This document shows, piece after piece, positions 18,861-28,508 of a stretch of DNA of 64,000 nucleotides. The notes under the pieces were generated by a model. It made no database searches. It was not told where the DNA came from and saw only the letters and a program-made list of their open reading frames with translations. Each line of letters begins with the position of its first letter. Position 1 is the first letter of the stretch. Both the position numbers and the translations under genes were made by a program. The DNA is from Escherichia coli phage AZ21, in sequence record LC788708.1; one strand, written 5' to 3'.

Positions 18861-18890
18861 ATGTTTATAAATTGATGAGAGAGGTTTGAA

Positions 18891-19172
18891 ATGAAAACTC
18901 GTCTAGACTGTGCTGTTCATGTTCTTGAGCATGATGTTGCGGGAACCTGTATGTCCTACCATGAAGCAGGTCGTTTAATTAAAGAACGTGTGGCAGATGT
19001 GTGCGGATTGAAGATTACTGCTGAGGAAGCTGATGATCTTTTAGGTCAAGCACTGGAGAAAACCGAAATGTTCCTCTGCGATTCTTGTTCTTGGTGGTGT
19101 GAAGCTCACGAACGTTCTTTCAACGATTATGATGTATGTCGTGATTGTAGTGGGGAGGATGAAGATGAATAA
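18891..19172 (+). CDS. hypothetical Cys-rich acidic protein
   Basis: CDSCSWWC and CRDCSG motifs; C-terminus GEDEDE. Confidence 0.4.
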   Translation: MKTRLDCAVHVLEHDVAGTCMSYHEAGRLIKERVADVCGLKITAEEADDLLGQALEKTEMFLCDSCSWWCEAHERSFNDYDVCRDCSGEDEDE

Positions 19173-19464
19173 GTTTATTATTGCACTGATGATCTCCGCA
19201 GTTAGTTTCGGTTCTCTGGCGTCTACCAAAGTTTCTATGAAAAATGGTAATGTTAAAGTCCAACAGAACGGTATTATTACCGAGTATGGTAAAGTTCGCG
19301 ATGTTAAAGAACGTAATGGTAAAGTAGAAATCTATACTAATAAAAACTTCTCTACTCCAGCCGTTACTATTGGCAAACGTGGTGAAATAACCACTCAACG
19401 TACTAATAGTTCCAGCTCTTTTACTTGTCGTTATGATTGCGACTTTGAAGGTGAAGATGAATAA
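19165..19464 (+). CDS. small secreted protein
   Basis: Signal peptide MNKFIIALMISAVSFGSLAS; start inside GAAGATGAATAA coupling junction. Confidence 0.4.
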   Translation: MNKFIIALMISAVSFGSLASTKVSMKNGNVKVQQNGIITEYGKVRDVKERNGKVEIYTNKNFSTPAVTIGKRGEITTQRTNSSSSFTCRYDCDFEGEDE

Positions 19465-19852
19465 TTTAGACCCTAGAATTAAATTTGCAATTACAGAAAT
19501 CCAAGATCAAATTGATGAGGACTTCACTGTTTGGTCAAGGTCTGGTAATGGGGAATATTGCCAGCTTTATAGCATGAAAATGGGTATCTCAATTGAGCTT
19601 AATATCAACTCTGAAGGCAGAGTAGAAGCCCAACCCATGTTCAGTGTTCCAGGCTTCTCTGGATTTGTTGCAGGTATAAAATTGTGTCTACCAAATAACC
19701 ATCTTCATCGAATTATTTGTCAGCTAGAGACTATTAAGCATTTCTTGCCAGAAGATAACATTAATGACTACTACCACGAAGTTGTAGCAGCTCATATGAT
19801 GAAAGAATCTAAACGTCGGAGAGAAGAACGTGAAAAGACTAAACATCAATAG
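19457..19852 (+). CDS. hypothetical protein
   Basis: Start in a second GAAGATGAATAA junction. Confidence 0.4.
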   Translation: MNNLDPRIKFAITEIQDQIDEDFTVWSRSGNGEYCQLYSMKMGISIELNINSEGRVEAQPMFSVPGFSGFVAGIKLCLPNNHLHRIICQLETIKHFLPEDNINDYYHEVVAAHMMKESKRRREEREKTKHQ

Positions 19853-20126
19853 CACAGTGCAGATTCCAGCAACTAAGGATGTTTTAACATTCCTACGGAG
19901 TGAAAACGCTCAGTTTTGGCATGATCATGTTGTAAAGAACGGTAGTATTCCAGATGTAGTTGCCTTTGCCAAAAAACGTATTGAAGAATATAAAGATCCA
20001 GAGATTAAAGATGGGATGATCACTATACAATTGTGGGTAGCCATGAATACGTTTGGGCCTACTATGAGTCTAGGAGTTACTCCACTGTTTACTAATATTC
20101 TAATTAAGGAAAAGGATCTGAAATGA
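19830..20126 (+). CDS. hypothetical protein
   Basis: 98 aa. Confidence 0.35.
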   Translation: MKRLNINSTVQIPATKDVLTFLRSENAQFWHDHVVKNGSIPDVVAFAKKRIEEYKDPEIKDGMITIQLWVAMNTFGPTMSLGVTPLFTNILIKEKDLK

Positions 20127-20407
20127 TTATCTCTCCATTTGCTCTTTGGTTCGTCATTGGATCTATAGTAGCTATTTACAGCTTGGTTGATGATCTGTAT
20201 ATTTCTAAGAATAAAGATGTAATATTATACGTTATACATAAAACTCGACCGTTAGATCTGCCTCCTCTTGATGATAAAACATTACTCAGATGTGCTAGAT
20301 CTATGATATTTGTTGTGGATATTCTTCTAGGCCCAACATCTGTGTTTTTCTTTTATAGAAAGACTCGTAATATGAAAAAATTTAAAGCTGAAATGCAGAA
20401 TACCTAA
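20123..20407 (+). CDS. hypothetical membrane protein
   Basis: N-terminal TM helix. Confidence 0.35.
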   Translation: MIISPFALWFVIGSIVAIYSLVDDLYISKNKDVILYVIHKTRPLDLPPLDDKTLLRCARSMIFVVDILLGPTSVFFFYRKTRNMKKFKAEMQNT

Positions 20408-20481
20408 AGAACTCGCGTAGGACCGAGTTGCGTCACCTGCAACTGTTACGGATAAGGGAGTCGTGCCCCTTAGTGCGGTAA

Positions 20482-20862
20482 GTGGTGAGGTGGCTGCTAG
20501 CCATAACTGGAGATAATATGACTATATTACTAATTCTTGTTACAACTTGGTTTTTAATAGGTGCTGGATACGCAATAGCTATTATTAGACATTTGGACGA
20601 ATACTCTGCTGAATGGTTTGTTAAATATCTACGTATTGATGATCAAGAACAGAAGTTTAAAGATGAAAAGCAGAAAAAAGCAGTAAATAATATGACAGCC
20701 AAAGAATGCTTGTTCTACATGCGTATTGTAGGGTTCTTTGGACTATTAGTTGCTGGCCCAATTGGTTCTACCATTGCTCCCTATAAAGAAACAGTTGCTG
20801 ACATCAAATTGTGGAGAAATGCAGGGGTACTACGCAAAGCTAGAGAAACTAATATTACATAA
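20482..20862 (+). CDS. hypothetical membrane protein
   Basis: Two predicted TM helices. Confidence 0.35.
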   Translation: MVRWLLAITGDNMTILLILVTTWFLIGAGYAIAIIRHLDEYSAEWFVKYLRIDDQEQKFKDEKQKKAVNNMTAKECLFYMRIVGFFGLLVAGPIGSTIAPYKETVADIKLWRNAGVLRKARETNIT

Positions 20863-20956
20863 GATTGATACTAAATCAACTTACTAGCAAAAGCAAATAA
20901 TGACAAAGTCCAGCCTGCACTTTTGCGACTGGGCTATTTTTATAATAAAATTTTAG

Positions 20957-20985
20957 TTGCTTAGATGCCCAAACTTTTGTATAAT
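20957..20985 (+). promoter_or_regulatory. sigma70 promoter (T5 early type)
   Basis: TTGCTT-17-TATAAT. Confidence 0.65.
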
Positions 20986-21016
20986 ATGTTTATAGATTGA
21001 GGCAAGAGGATTAAAT

Positions 21017-21715
21017 ATGAGGATTATTTCTAAGTTCGCCGATGTGTATGATTTGCAGAACAGTTTGTTCGACCCAGATCGTGTTTGGGAACGTAAAACT
21101 GAAGAGTTGCTGGTTAAAGTAACCGATGATGCAGAAAAGAACATTGTGCATACTCGCCAGGTATTTCGTGATGGTTCGCTATCTTTCCGTGGTGATTTCG
21201 AATATTTTGTAAACCCACTATTTGTTGCAGGTGAAGTTTACTGGTTACACGAGCTGTACTGCTGGCATCCAGCATTTAGCTTCAAAACGTTTAATCTCGA
21301 CACTATGTTCGATAAAATGGAAGAGATGGGATTACATGCTCGCTCTTACTTAATGGATAAGAGTCGTGGAGATGTTCGTGAAACAGTACGTGATTTGCTC
21401 TCTGAAGCAAAACCTAAAGCAGAACGTATCTTATCCGAACTGCGTGTACCGATTGCATATGTGAAAGGTATTAAGAAGAACGATAACGATGATGTTCGTA
21501 ACTTCGTGATTCAGACTAACATTCGTTTCCATCAGTCAGGTATTCCGTGGCAGGAAATTGAAAGTAACTTATACCGTTTACACCAAGTTCTCGAACAGTA
21601 TATCTTCGGTGTACTAGGAACTGGTGAGCCTGATATGATTAAAGTATCAGATAAAGACAGGTTAGCAGCGCATGGATTTGATACAAAAACTTCTTTCAGG
21701 AATATGGCACGGTAA
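21017..21715 (+). CDS. hypothetical protein
   Basis: 232 aa, RBS GAGGATT. Confidence 0.45.
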   Translation: MRIISKFADVYDLQNSLFDPDRVWERKTEELLVKVTDDAEKNIVHTRQVFRDGSLSFRGDFEYFVNPLFVAGEVYWLHELYCWHPAFSFKTFNLDTMFDKMEEMGLHARSYLMDKSRGDVRETVRDLLSEAKPKAERILSELRVPIAYVKGIKKNDNDDVRNFVIQTNIRFHQSGIPWQEIESNLYRLHQVLEQYIFGVLGTGEPDMIKVSDKDRLAAHGFDTKTSFRNMAR

Positions 21716-22121
21716 GTGGTATATCCTGGGAGCAGGTCTAGCGATAGGCATCGGGTTCGGTGCTTATCACTTAGTAGATAAAGTGGAGACTTTAGCAGGA
21801 GATCTTGCGGTAGCTACTAAAAAGATTTCTTCTCTAGAAACTTCCCTTAATAAGGTGAAAGCTGAAAGTGAACTTCGGGAGACTCGGATGAATCAGTATT
21901 TCACGATGAATAATACTTCTCAAGCAGATCTAGACAAAAAGATTAAGCAGTTAGATAAAGCTCTTAGTCGACAAGATATTATAGCTGCAAAGCCTGGATT
22001 GGTAACATTAATTGCTAAAAAGCAGAGTAAAGAGTTCGAGGAAAGATTAGCGTGTTTAACTGGAAACTTGGAATACTGCTCGCAGCCGCAATCACAATCA
22101 CAGGCTGTGCAGAAGAAATAA
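21672..22121 (+). CDS. putative i-spanin (Rz-like)
   Basis: N-terminal TM helix (ILGAGLAIGIGFGAYHLV) then coiled-coil periplasmic domain; start uncertain. Confidence 0.45.
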   Translation: MDLIQKLLSGIWHGKWYILGAGLAIGIGFGAYHLVDKVETLAGDLAVATKKISSLETSLNKVKAESELRETRMNQYFTMNNTSQADLDKKIKQLDKALSRQDIIAAKPGLVTLIAKKQSKEFEERLACLTGNLEYCSQPQSQSQAVQKK

Positions 22122-22405
22122 AACCAGAGCCATCTCATGAGTTAAAGCAAGCTCATGTAGACTGGCCTAAAGGACTTCAACCTTGTAGCTTTGACTTTAA
22201 GTTTGAAAAGAAATTAGCTACAAATGGAGAAGATGGCGTAGTAGTTGTTGTACCATACAAAGATTGGAATGCAAAAGCAAAATGTGAGGAAGCAGTTTAC
22301 TCTTACATTTCACGACTGACTGGTATGGTTTGCTTCTATCGCCAAGATTTACAAGAAAAACGTTGCTTAGTTTACTATCCACCAATTAACAATAGGAAAG
22401 ATTAA
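22052..22405 (+). CDS. putative o-spanin (Rz1-like lipoprotein)
   Basis: Lipobox ITGC after signal sequence; gene starts inside the i-spanin gene in another frame. Confidence 0.45.
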   Translation: MFNWKLGILLAAAITITGCAEEIKPEPSHELKQAHVDWPKGLQPCSFDFKFEKKLATNGEDGVVVVVPYKDWNAKAKCEEAVYSYISRLTGMVCFYRQDLQEKRCLVYYPPINNRKD

Positions 22406-23157
22406 TGTCAGTATTAGTCGGTTTACATGGTGAAGCTGGTTCGGGAAAAGATACCGTTGCAAAATTAATTATCGATTGGTGTAATGACACGTATCCAACG
22501 TGTTTATCCCGTCGTTATAGTTTTGCTAAGCCCGTTTATGAACTTGCATCCGTAATCCTCGGTGTAACTCCGGAGTTTCTAGGAGAGCGCAGGGGAAAAG
22601 AGATTGACCAATGGTTTACTGTCACACAATCTCAATTGGAGCGAGCCAGAGATGTGTGGTTTAAGTACGGTATCGATAAGTTTGAAGACTTCTCGTACAT
22701 TTGGCCTATTTTTGAGGAAAAGTATCTTAATCCTCAACAACTTATCTCAGAGAATAAAGAAGACGGATTTTATAGTTTATTTATTTCTCCGAGAAAAATG
22801 TTACAGCTCGTAGGGACAGAGCTAGGAAGGCAGCTGGTGCATGAACGCATTTGGCTCATAATTCTGGAGCAATCCATCGCTAAAGACGACCCAGATGTCG
22901 CCGTAATAACAGATGTTAGATTCCCCAATGAAGGAGAGTTACTCAGAGAAACAAACCATTTAGATATGGATTCTTTGATAGTAAATGTAGTACCCGCTGA
23001 GCAGAAGTTCACTATTAAATCAGATCATCCATCTGAAAGTGGTATTCCTGCAAAATATATTACTCACGAATTAGTTAATAAATTCGATGGTATCAATAAC
23101 CTTAAACTAGAAGTTTATAACTTCTGTGACTTAGAGCTAGAACCACTAGTTGGATAA
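22405..23157 (+). CDS. dnk: P-loop kinase, putative deoxynucleoside monophosphate kinase
   Basis: Walker A GEAGSGKDT; 250 aa. Confidence 0.5.
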   Translation: MSVLVGLHGEAGSGKDTVAKLIIDWCNDTYPTCLSRRYSFAKPVYELASVILGVTPEFLGERRGKEIDQWFTVTQSQLERARDVWFKYGIDKFEDFSYIWPIFEEKYLNPQQLISENKEDGFYSLFISPRKMLQLVGTELGRQLVHERIWLIILEQSIAKDDPDVAVITDVRFPNEGELLRETNHLDMDSLIVNVVPAEQKFTIKSDHPSESGIPAKYITHELVNKFDGINNLKLEVYNFCDLELEPLVG

Positions 23158-23169
23158 TCAAGGATCGCT

Positions 23170-23769
23170 ATGACTAATAAAAAAGAAGAAAAGACTAACC
23201 TGTTTCACTCCATTCGCCAATCTAACGAGTATACCTTTTTCTTTGATGAAGAATTAGGCCCGCCTGATGAATACCGTGATTTATCAATGGTACTTATGCA
23301 GGCAAATGAGGACGACGAAATTAATCTGATGATTAATGGCCCAGGTGGTTATGTTGATACTGCTGCACAGTTAGCTAACTTAATTGCTAATTGCCGTGGA
23401 ACAGTTATAGGGCATCTGATTGGTCCTAGTGCTTCTGCTTACTGCACAATTTTCCTATCCTGTCATGGATGGGTAGTACATCCACATGCTACGTTAATGG
23501 GACACACGTTCTCTGGCGGATTCTGTGAGAAAGGTCAGGAAATCAAGAAAGCCTATGAATCTTACAACAAGTTTGTAGAAGATATGATGCTAGATGTCTA
23601 CTATCCCTTTTTCTCAATAGATGAAATCGACGAGATGGTAAAAGACAACAAAAATATCTATCTAGATAGCAAGGAAATCCATAAGCGTATTGAAATCTTG
23701 GCGAAATATCGATCTGAGCAATATAATAAAGCCCAGTTACCTCAATCCGAGGAGTACAACGAAGAGTAA
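23170..23769 (+). CDS. ClpP-like serine peptidase
   Basis: INGPGGYVDTAAQL and GPSASAY...LMGH resemble ClpP nucleophile Ser and His regions. Confidence 0.45.
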   Translation: MTNKKEEKTNLFHSIRQSNEYTFFFDEELGPPDEYRDLSMVLMQANEDDEINLMINGPGGYVDTAAQLANLIANCRGTVIGHLIGPSASAYCTIFLSCHGWVVHPHATLMGHTFSGGFCEKGQEIKKAYESYNKFVEDMMLDVYYPFFSIDEIDEMVKDNKNIYLDSKEIHKRIEILAKYRSEQYNKAQLPQSEEYNEE

Positions 23770-23777
23770 GTAATTTT

Positions 23778-23810
23778 AAGCCAGGGTTTAACGACCCTGG
23801 CTTTTCTTTT
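23778..23810 (+). terminator. rho-independent terminator
   Basis: AGCCAGGG...CCCTGGCT hairpin then TTTTCTTTT. Confidence 0.7.
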
Positions 23811-23873
23811 ATCTAAAATTCTTCTTGACAACGACAAAATTTTGTGCTCCAAAGAAAATCTTTAAAAACACAT

Positions 23874-23901
23874 TGTAATTTTCCTCCAAAATTAGTATAA
23901 T
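23874..23901 (+). promoter_or_regulatory. sigma70 promoter ahead of lysis cassette
   Basis: TTGTAA-16-TATAAT then RBS GAGGAGG. Confidence 0.5.
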
Positions 23902-23925
23902 GGTACTGGTTAGAGGAGGTTACAA

Positions 23926-24582
23926 TTGGAAAAGTTCTTACAATTATTAACGGTACTGCTCCAAGAAGCGAAAGATCCAGCATCGCTTCTTAAACGTCTG
24001 CTAACTATCTTAGTTGCTGTCATTATTTTCTTATTTGTTAGTAATACTAGCGAGGTGATGTCATTCTTAAAGACTTTCTCCACGTCTGCGGTTCTACAGG
24101 ATGTTCAAACTCAAAGGATAGATAACTTTCCTAATGTAGCTAGAGAAAAGAGCATGGTACTCTTTTCTCAAACGGGTGCGGATGCTGTTTTTGTAGTCAA
24201 GTATAAACCCGATGCCATTAATGATTATTCTAACATTATTGCATGGGAAAGCAATGCGCAATTAGATAGGGCTGACTTGGCCGATAAAGCAGTAAATAAA
24301 ACGTCTGAGCTATACAGACGTCACTTAGAGGGCTTTAACTACGCATCGGATTTAAGTGTAAGAGTAAATAAATATACGGGGTTAAATATACCTGCGTTTA
24401 AGAACGTTACTTTTAATTACATATACACTTGTCCATATTTCAATCTAAACAATATCTATGCTGGATATATTGGTATTGCTTGGAAAGATAATCCTGTAGA
24501 TGCAGCCGATTCTGAGAGATTTAAGGAATATTTAACAAAGCTCTGTTCTCCACAACAGAGATCTTTAGGTAGATCAATATGA
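23926..24582 (+). CDS. putative holin (TTG start)
   Basis: N-terminal TM segment, directly upstream of and overlapping endolysin. Confidence 0.5.
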   Translation: MEKFLQLLTVLLQEAKDPASLLKRLLTILVAVIIFLFVSNTSEVMSFLKTFSTSAVLQDVQTQRIDNFPNVAREKSMVLFSQTGADAVFVVKYKPDAINDYSNIIAWESNAQLDRADLADKAVNKTSELYRRHLEGFNYASDLSVRVNKYTGLNIPAFKNVTFNYIYTCPYFNLNNIYAGYIGIAWKDNPVDAADSERFKEYLTKLCSPQQRSLGRSI

Positions 24583-24992
24583 GTTTTAAATTTGGTAAAA
24601 ATAGCGAAAAACAATTAGCTACCGTTAAGCCAGAGCTACAAAAAGTAGCTCGTAGAGCGTTAGAATTATCCCCATATGATTTCACAATCGTACAGGGTAT
24701 TCGTACAGTAGCACAAAGTGCCCAGAATATTGCTAATGGTACTTCATTTTTAAAAGATCCTAGTAAAAGCAAGCATATTACTGGGGATGCGCTTGATTTT
24801 GCTCCATATATTAATGGCAAAATTGATTGGAATGACTTAGAAGCATTTTGGGCGGTTAAAAAGGCTTTTGAACAAGCGGGTAAAGAACTAGGTATTAAAC
24901 TTCGTTTTGGTGCTGATTGGAATAATTCTGGAGACTATCACGATGAAATAAAACGTGGTACCTATGATGGCGGTCATGTCGAACTAGTTTAA
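24579..24992 (+). CDS. endolysin, L-alanyl-D-glutamate peptidase (M15-type)
   Basis: Zinc-ligand motifs HITGDALDF and DGGHVEL; 137 aa. Confidence 0.75.
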   Translation: MSFKFGKNSEKQLATVKPELQKVARRALELSPYDFTIVQGIRTVAQSAQNIANGTSFLKDPSKSKHITGDALDFAPYINGKIDWNDLEAFWAVKKAFEQAGKELGIKLRFGADWNNSGDYHDEIKRGTYDGGHVELV

Positions 24993-25001
24993 TTAATAAT
25001 T

Positions 25002-25028
25002 GAGGCGGGAATATTCCCGCCTTTTTAG
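25002..25028 (+). terminator. rho-independent terminator
   Basis: AGGCGGGA-ATAT-TCCCGCCT then TTTTT. Confidence 0.7.
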
Positions 25029-25069
25029 GCAAAGGGGGCTTTAATAATTTTTGAAGATAGGAGAAAGCC

Positions 25070-25486
25070 ATGTTTGCAGAACTATTCACTATGATGCTGC
25101 TAAGTATCTGGAAAATAAGTCTAGTAGTATTCGTTTTAATGATAGTCTTTACTATCCTTGCATTAACTACCCGAAATAGCTTATTAATAAAGGTTATTCA
25201 CGGACTAGAGTATATAATTATGGGTTCATTCGGCGTTTGTAAATGCAATTGCCATAGAGATACGAAATATTGTTGGTTATGGATGGAACTAGAGAATCCT
25301 ATATCCATAGCTTTGGCTGTTTCATTCGGCATGATTCTTATGGCCCTTACTCTAGCATTAATACCTTTGATGTTAGCTGGGGGAGTTACAGCGTATTTCA
25401 CCCTTTTCTCCCCGATACTTATGTACTCAATTTACCCGATAACTATGTATCTAGTTAGGAAAAGATTTATCCATGCAGTAGATTAA
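25070..25486 (+). CDS. hypothetical multi-pass membrane protein
   Basis: Several TM helices. Confidence 0.35.
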   Translation: MFAELFTMMLLSIWKISLVVFVLMIVFTILALTTRNSLLIKVIHGLEYIIMGSFGVCKCNCHRDTKYCWLWMELENPISIALAVSFGMILMALTLALIPLMLAGGVTAYFTLFSPILMYSIYPITMYLVRKRFIHAVD

Positions 25487-25499
25487 GATAAAAAAGTAG

Positions 25500-25528
25500 T
25501 TGACTTTTAGCCCTACTTATTATATAAT
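25500..25528 (+). promoter_or_regulatory. sigma70 promoter (T5 early type)
   Basis: TTGACT-17-TATAAT then CATAAATTAG. Confidence 0.6.
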
Positions 25529-25563
25529 ATATACATAAATTAGTTAAGAGAGGTATATATATT

Positions 25564-25992
25564 ATGTCTGATCGTTTCTATACTCAAATGGCGGAACATT
25601 TTCGTATACCACATTACGAGCTAAACATTGCACTCCGTGATCATGACTCTCCTGAGTACAAAAAGCTCGAAAAGAAAGCGGAAAAATCTATTGATACAAA
25701 GGTAGGTGCATCTATGTCTAAGGGCAAAAAGTTAACTCGTCTTGATCTTAATAAAATTTTAACTGAACTTTTGGGTACTGATATTGAAGGTGCTAAATTA
25801 CCGCTTCTTGTACTAGAGACTATGATTAAAAAGGTCAAAAATAAAGAATATAAGAAGGTAGAAGTCCCGGAAGGCAGATTAAAAGCTCCTTATCAGGAAG
25901 CATTAACCGAGTGTTTGGGTGTAAATCTTGATCTGAGCACCGCAACCGTAAAAACTATGAAAAACTTCTTAGAGGCCATTAATAAATTGTGA
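25564..25992 (+). CDS. hypothetical protein
   Basis: 142 aa. Confidence 0.4.
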   Translation: MSDRFYTQMAEHFRIPHYELNIALRDHDSPEYKKLEKKAEKSIDTKVGASMSKGKKLTRLDLNKILTELLGTDIEGAKLPLLVLETMIKKVKNKEYKKVEVPEGRLKAPYQEALTECLGVNLDLSTATVKTMKNFLEAINKL

Positions 25993-26495
25993 TTACTAGG
26001 GAAAGATTATTAGAGGTACTAGAGTATCACGAAGATGGTACTCTAACCTGGAAACCTAGACCAGAAGGTACAAGAGGTTGGAATACCAGCCTTAACAATA
26101 TGCCTGCTGGGTCTATTAATGCTGATGGCTATCTAATGCTCTCTATTGATAGAGAACGAATACTTGCGCATAGGGCAATCTTCTTTATGCACAAAGGCTA
26201 TTTACCTGATATAGTAGATCATGATGATACCAATACTCTAGATAATCGTATTGGTAACTTAAGAGAAGCTACAAAAGCTCAAAATGCTTTTAATAGGAAA
26301 TCGGCTAATAAAAATAACCTATTGGGATTAAAAAATATATCTCAAAGAGGGAAGTCTTTTAGAGTAAAAATCTCTAGGGCAGGAATCAATTATATGAAAA
26401 CGTGCAGTTCTTTGGAAGAAGCAATTGCATGGAGAGATGAAAAACTAGAAGAACTCCACGGTGAGTTTGCCAGCAAAGGAAATAAAAATGTCTAA
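25989..26495 (+). CDS. HNH homing endonuclease (HNH plus AP2-like DNA-binding region)
   Basis: DHDDTNTLDNRIGNLREAT HNH motif; GTG start overlapping upstream stop. Confidence 0.65.
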   Translation: MITRERLLEVLEYHEDGTLTWKPRPEGTRGWNTSLNNMPAGSINADGYLMLSIDRERILAHRAIFFMHKGYLPDIVDHDDTNTLDNRIGNLREATKAQNAFNRKSANKNNLLGLKNISQRGKSFRVKISRAGINYMKTCSSLEEAIAWRDEKLEELHGEFASKGNKNV

Positions 26496-26778
26496 ATTAG
26501 TCTATCTATTAAAAGGTTCCACCTGTAACCCGTGTAAACTTTTCGAGCCAGTATTTGATAAAGTAGTCAGTGACTATAATTTGGAAATCCATAAAGAGAC
26601 TGATAATACAGAATTAATGCAGAAATTTGGTGTGCGCCAAGTTCCTGTAGTAGTTCTGGCGGATCGCTTACCTAATGGTCGAGTAGAAGCTAATCATATT
26701 CTGATTGGACGTCAGCTTCGTAAAGAAACTATGCACGAAGCTATTAAAAATTTCCTGGATGATAATCCAGAGGACTAA
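26488..26778 (+). CDS. thioredoxin/glutaredoxin-like protein
   Basis: CNPC redox motif near N-terminus; VRQVPVVV beta-strand. Confidence 0.5.
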   Translation: MSKLVYLLKGSTCNPCKLFEPVFDKVVSDYNLEIHKETDNTELMQKFGVRQVPVVVLADRLPNGRVEANHILIGRQLRKETMHEAIKNFLDDNPED

Positions 26779-26783
26779 TAAAC

Positions 26784-26816
26784 AAAGCCTGATTTTAGCT
26801 GATCAGGCTTTTATTT
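26784..26816 (+). terminator. rho-independent terminator
   Basis: AGCCTGAT...ATCAGGCT hairpin then TTTATTTT. Confidence 0.65.
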
Positions 26817-26819
26817 TAC

Positions 26820-26848
26820 TTGCTTTTTGCTAAAAATTTTGGTATAAT
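26820..26848 (+). promoter_or_regulatory. sigma70 promoter (T5 early type)
   Basis: TTGCTT-17-TATAAT. Confidence 0.65.
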
Positions 26849-26875
26849 ACTTATATAAATTGATTGGAGGATTAA

Positions 26876-27121
26876 ATGTTAGCGGAACAAGCAAAACGTT
26901 TAGCTAGAATAAATAGAGCTGCACTCCTTAAGAGCAAGAAGAAAACGTATAAGTATGTTAAAAAGAGAATAGTTTCTTCTGTAGGGATTGGAAGTTCTTT
27001 TGTACAGTTTAATCGTGATGAAATTAGTTATGAAGTTATAAAAGCCCTCTATAAAGAGGGTTATACTCTCCAACTATCTAATGATTATGGCACAACTATT
27101 TTAACTGTTATTTGGGAATAA
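26876..27121 (+). CDS. hypothetical basic protein
   Basis: 81 aa. Confidence 0.35.
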   Translation: MLAEQAKRLARINRAALLKSKKKTYKYVKKRIVSSVGIGSSFVQFNRDEISYEVIKALYKEGYTLQLSNDYGTTILTVIWE

Positions 27122-27123
27122 TT

Positions 27124-27987
27124 ATGAAAAAAGAATTTAATGTACATAAAACTCTAGTAGTGCCTGATGATGCCAACTTGTTTTTCGTTGGTGATATTCA
27201 TGGATGCAATGATTTGCTAGAAGATGCGTTGAAGTTAGCTGGGTATAATAGCAAAAAAGATTGCGTAGTATGTGTCGGAGACTTAATAGACCGAGGCACA
27301 CAAAACCTACAAGTTTTAGCCAAATTCCTGTATAATCCACGTTTTATCAGTGTACGTGGTAATCATGACCAATTTATGATTGTAGGAGATTGGGCTAATT
27401 GGATGTATAATGGTGGTATGTGGGCTATGAATGAACTAGATGCAGACACCATTAAAAATATTGCCGAAGATATGGCTGAAAAAATGCCAGTATTCCTAAC
27501 TGTTAGACATCGTGGTAAGAAGTTTGGTGTTGTTCATGGTGGTGTACCTTTTACGTACAAAGAATGTGGTAATGAAGTAGAAACCCCAGTATGGGATAAT
27601 CTTATTGCACAAATAGAAGCAGCTAAGGAAAACCCACATGACCATCCTGAATACCATATTGAACCATATTTATGGGATCGAGATGTAATCCAAGAAATAG
27701 GCTTCTACTTGTCCAAAAATGGTGAGGAACACCCGTATTTCCAGCGTTATGCAGGATTTAAAGAAAAATACATGGTAGAAGTGCCAGAAGTTAAAGGTGT
27801 AGATTTCGTGTTTCACGGACATACTGGAGTTCCTTACCCACTTCTTTATAAGAACCGTGTTTATCTTGATACTGGCGGTGTTTTCAACGGGCAGTTGACG
27901 GTTGCGCAAGTTAACGATGAAACTGGCAAAATCACCACATTTACCACAGATAAAAATAATAGCTGCGGTGTACAGAGGATTCTTTAA
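27124..27987 (+). CDS. Ser/Thr protein phosphatase-type metallophosphatase
   Basis: GDIHG, GDLIDRG, GNHD motifs. Confidence 0.7.
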   Translation: MKKEFNVHKTLVVPDDANLFFVGDIHGCNDLLEDALKLAGYNSKKDCVVCVGDLIDRGTQNLQVLAKFLYNPRFISVRGNHDQFMIVGDWANWMYNGGMWAMNELDADTIKNIAEDMAEKMPVFLTVRHRGKKFGVVHGGVPFTYKECGNEVETPVWDNLIAQIEAAKENPHDHPEYHIEPYLWDRDVIQEIGFYLSKNGEEHPYFQRYAGFKEKYMVEVPEVKGVDFVFHGHTGVPYPLLYKNRVYLDTGGVFNGQLTVAQVNDETGKITTFTTDKNNSCGVQRIL

Positions 27988-28508
27988 TGAAAGTTCGCTT
28001 TTGGAGTGATCTCCACTTGGGGCATGCAAATATTACTAAATTCAGACCAATCTTCTCTACTATGGAAGAGCATGATGAATTTATTATGGATACTATTACA
28101 TCTATGAAAGATAAGCGTACAGTATTCTATATTTTAGGAGACGCATTTGTATCTAGAAATGGTTTGGAGAAGTTCGAAAAACTCTTTGGCAATGTTAGAA
28201 CTACGTTAGTTTTGGGAAACCACGACTTAGAACGAGAAGGATTATCTTTCAAAGACTTAATAGGGGTTGTAGATAATGTACAATCACTAGTTAAATATAA
28301 AAACTTCTGGCTTTCCCATGCTCCAGTGCACCCTGGGGAGCTGAGGGGTAAAAAGAACCTACATGGACATACTCACTTTGAGTTAATGGGAGACCCTCGT
28401 TATATTAACGTTTGTATCGAGTATGCAAAATCTCCAGTACGCCTGGAAGACATCATGAGTGGTAAGTACACTTCACATGATAAAACTAGCTGGATGTTAA
28501 ATGTCTGA
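27987..28508 (+). CDS. calcineurin-like metallophosphoesterase
   Basis: DLHLGH, GD, GNHD, GHTH motifs. Confidence 0.6.
   Translation: MKVRFWSDLHLGHANITKFRPIFSTMEEHDEFIMDTITSMKDKRTVFYILGDAFVSRNGLEKFEKLFGNVRTTLVLGNHDLEREGLSFKDLIGVVDNVQSLVKYKNFWLSHAPVHPGELRGKKNLHGHTHFELMGDPRYINVCIEYAKSPVRLEDIMSGKYTSHDKTSWMLNV

Noticed and set aside
20405-20490. Possible tRNA in the ORF-free gap
   Set aside because: Hairpins are present but there is no T-loop (GTTCRANYC) or acceptor/anticodon architecture.
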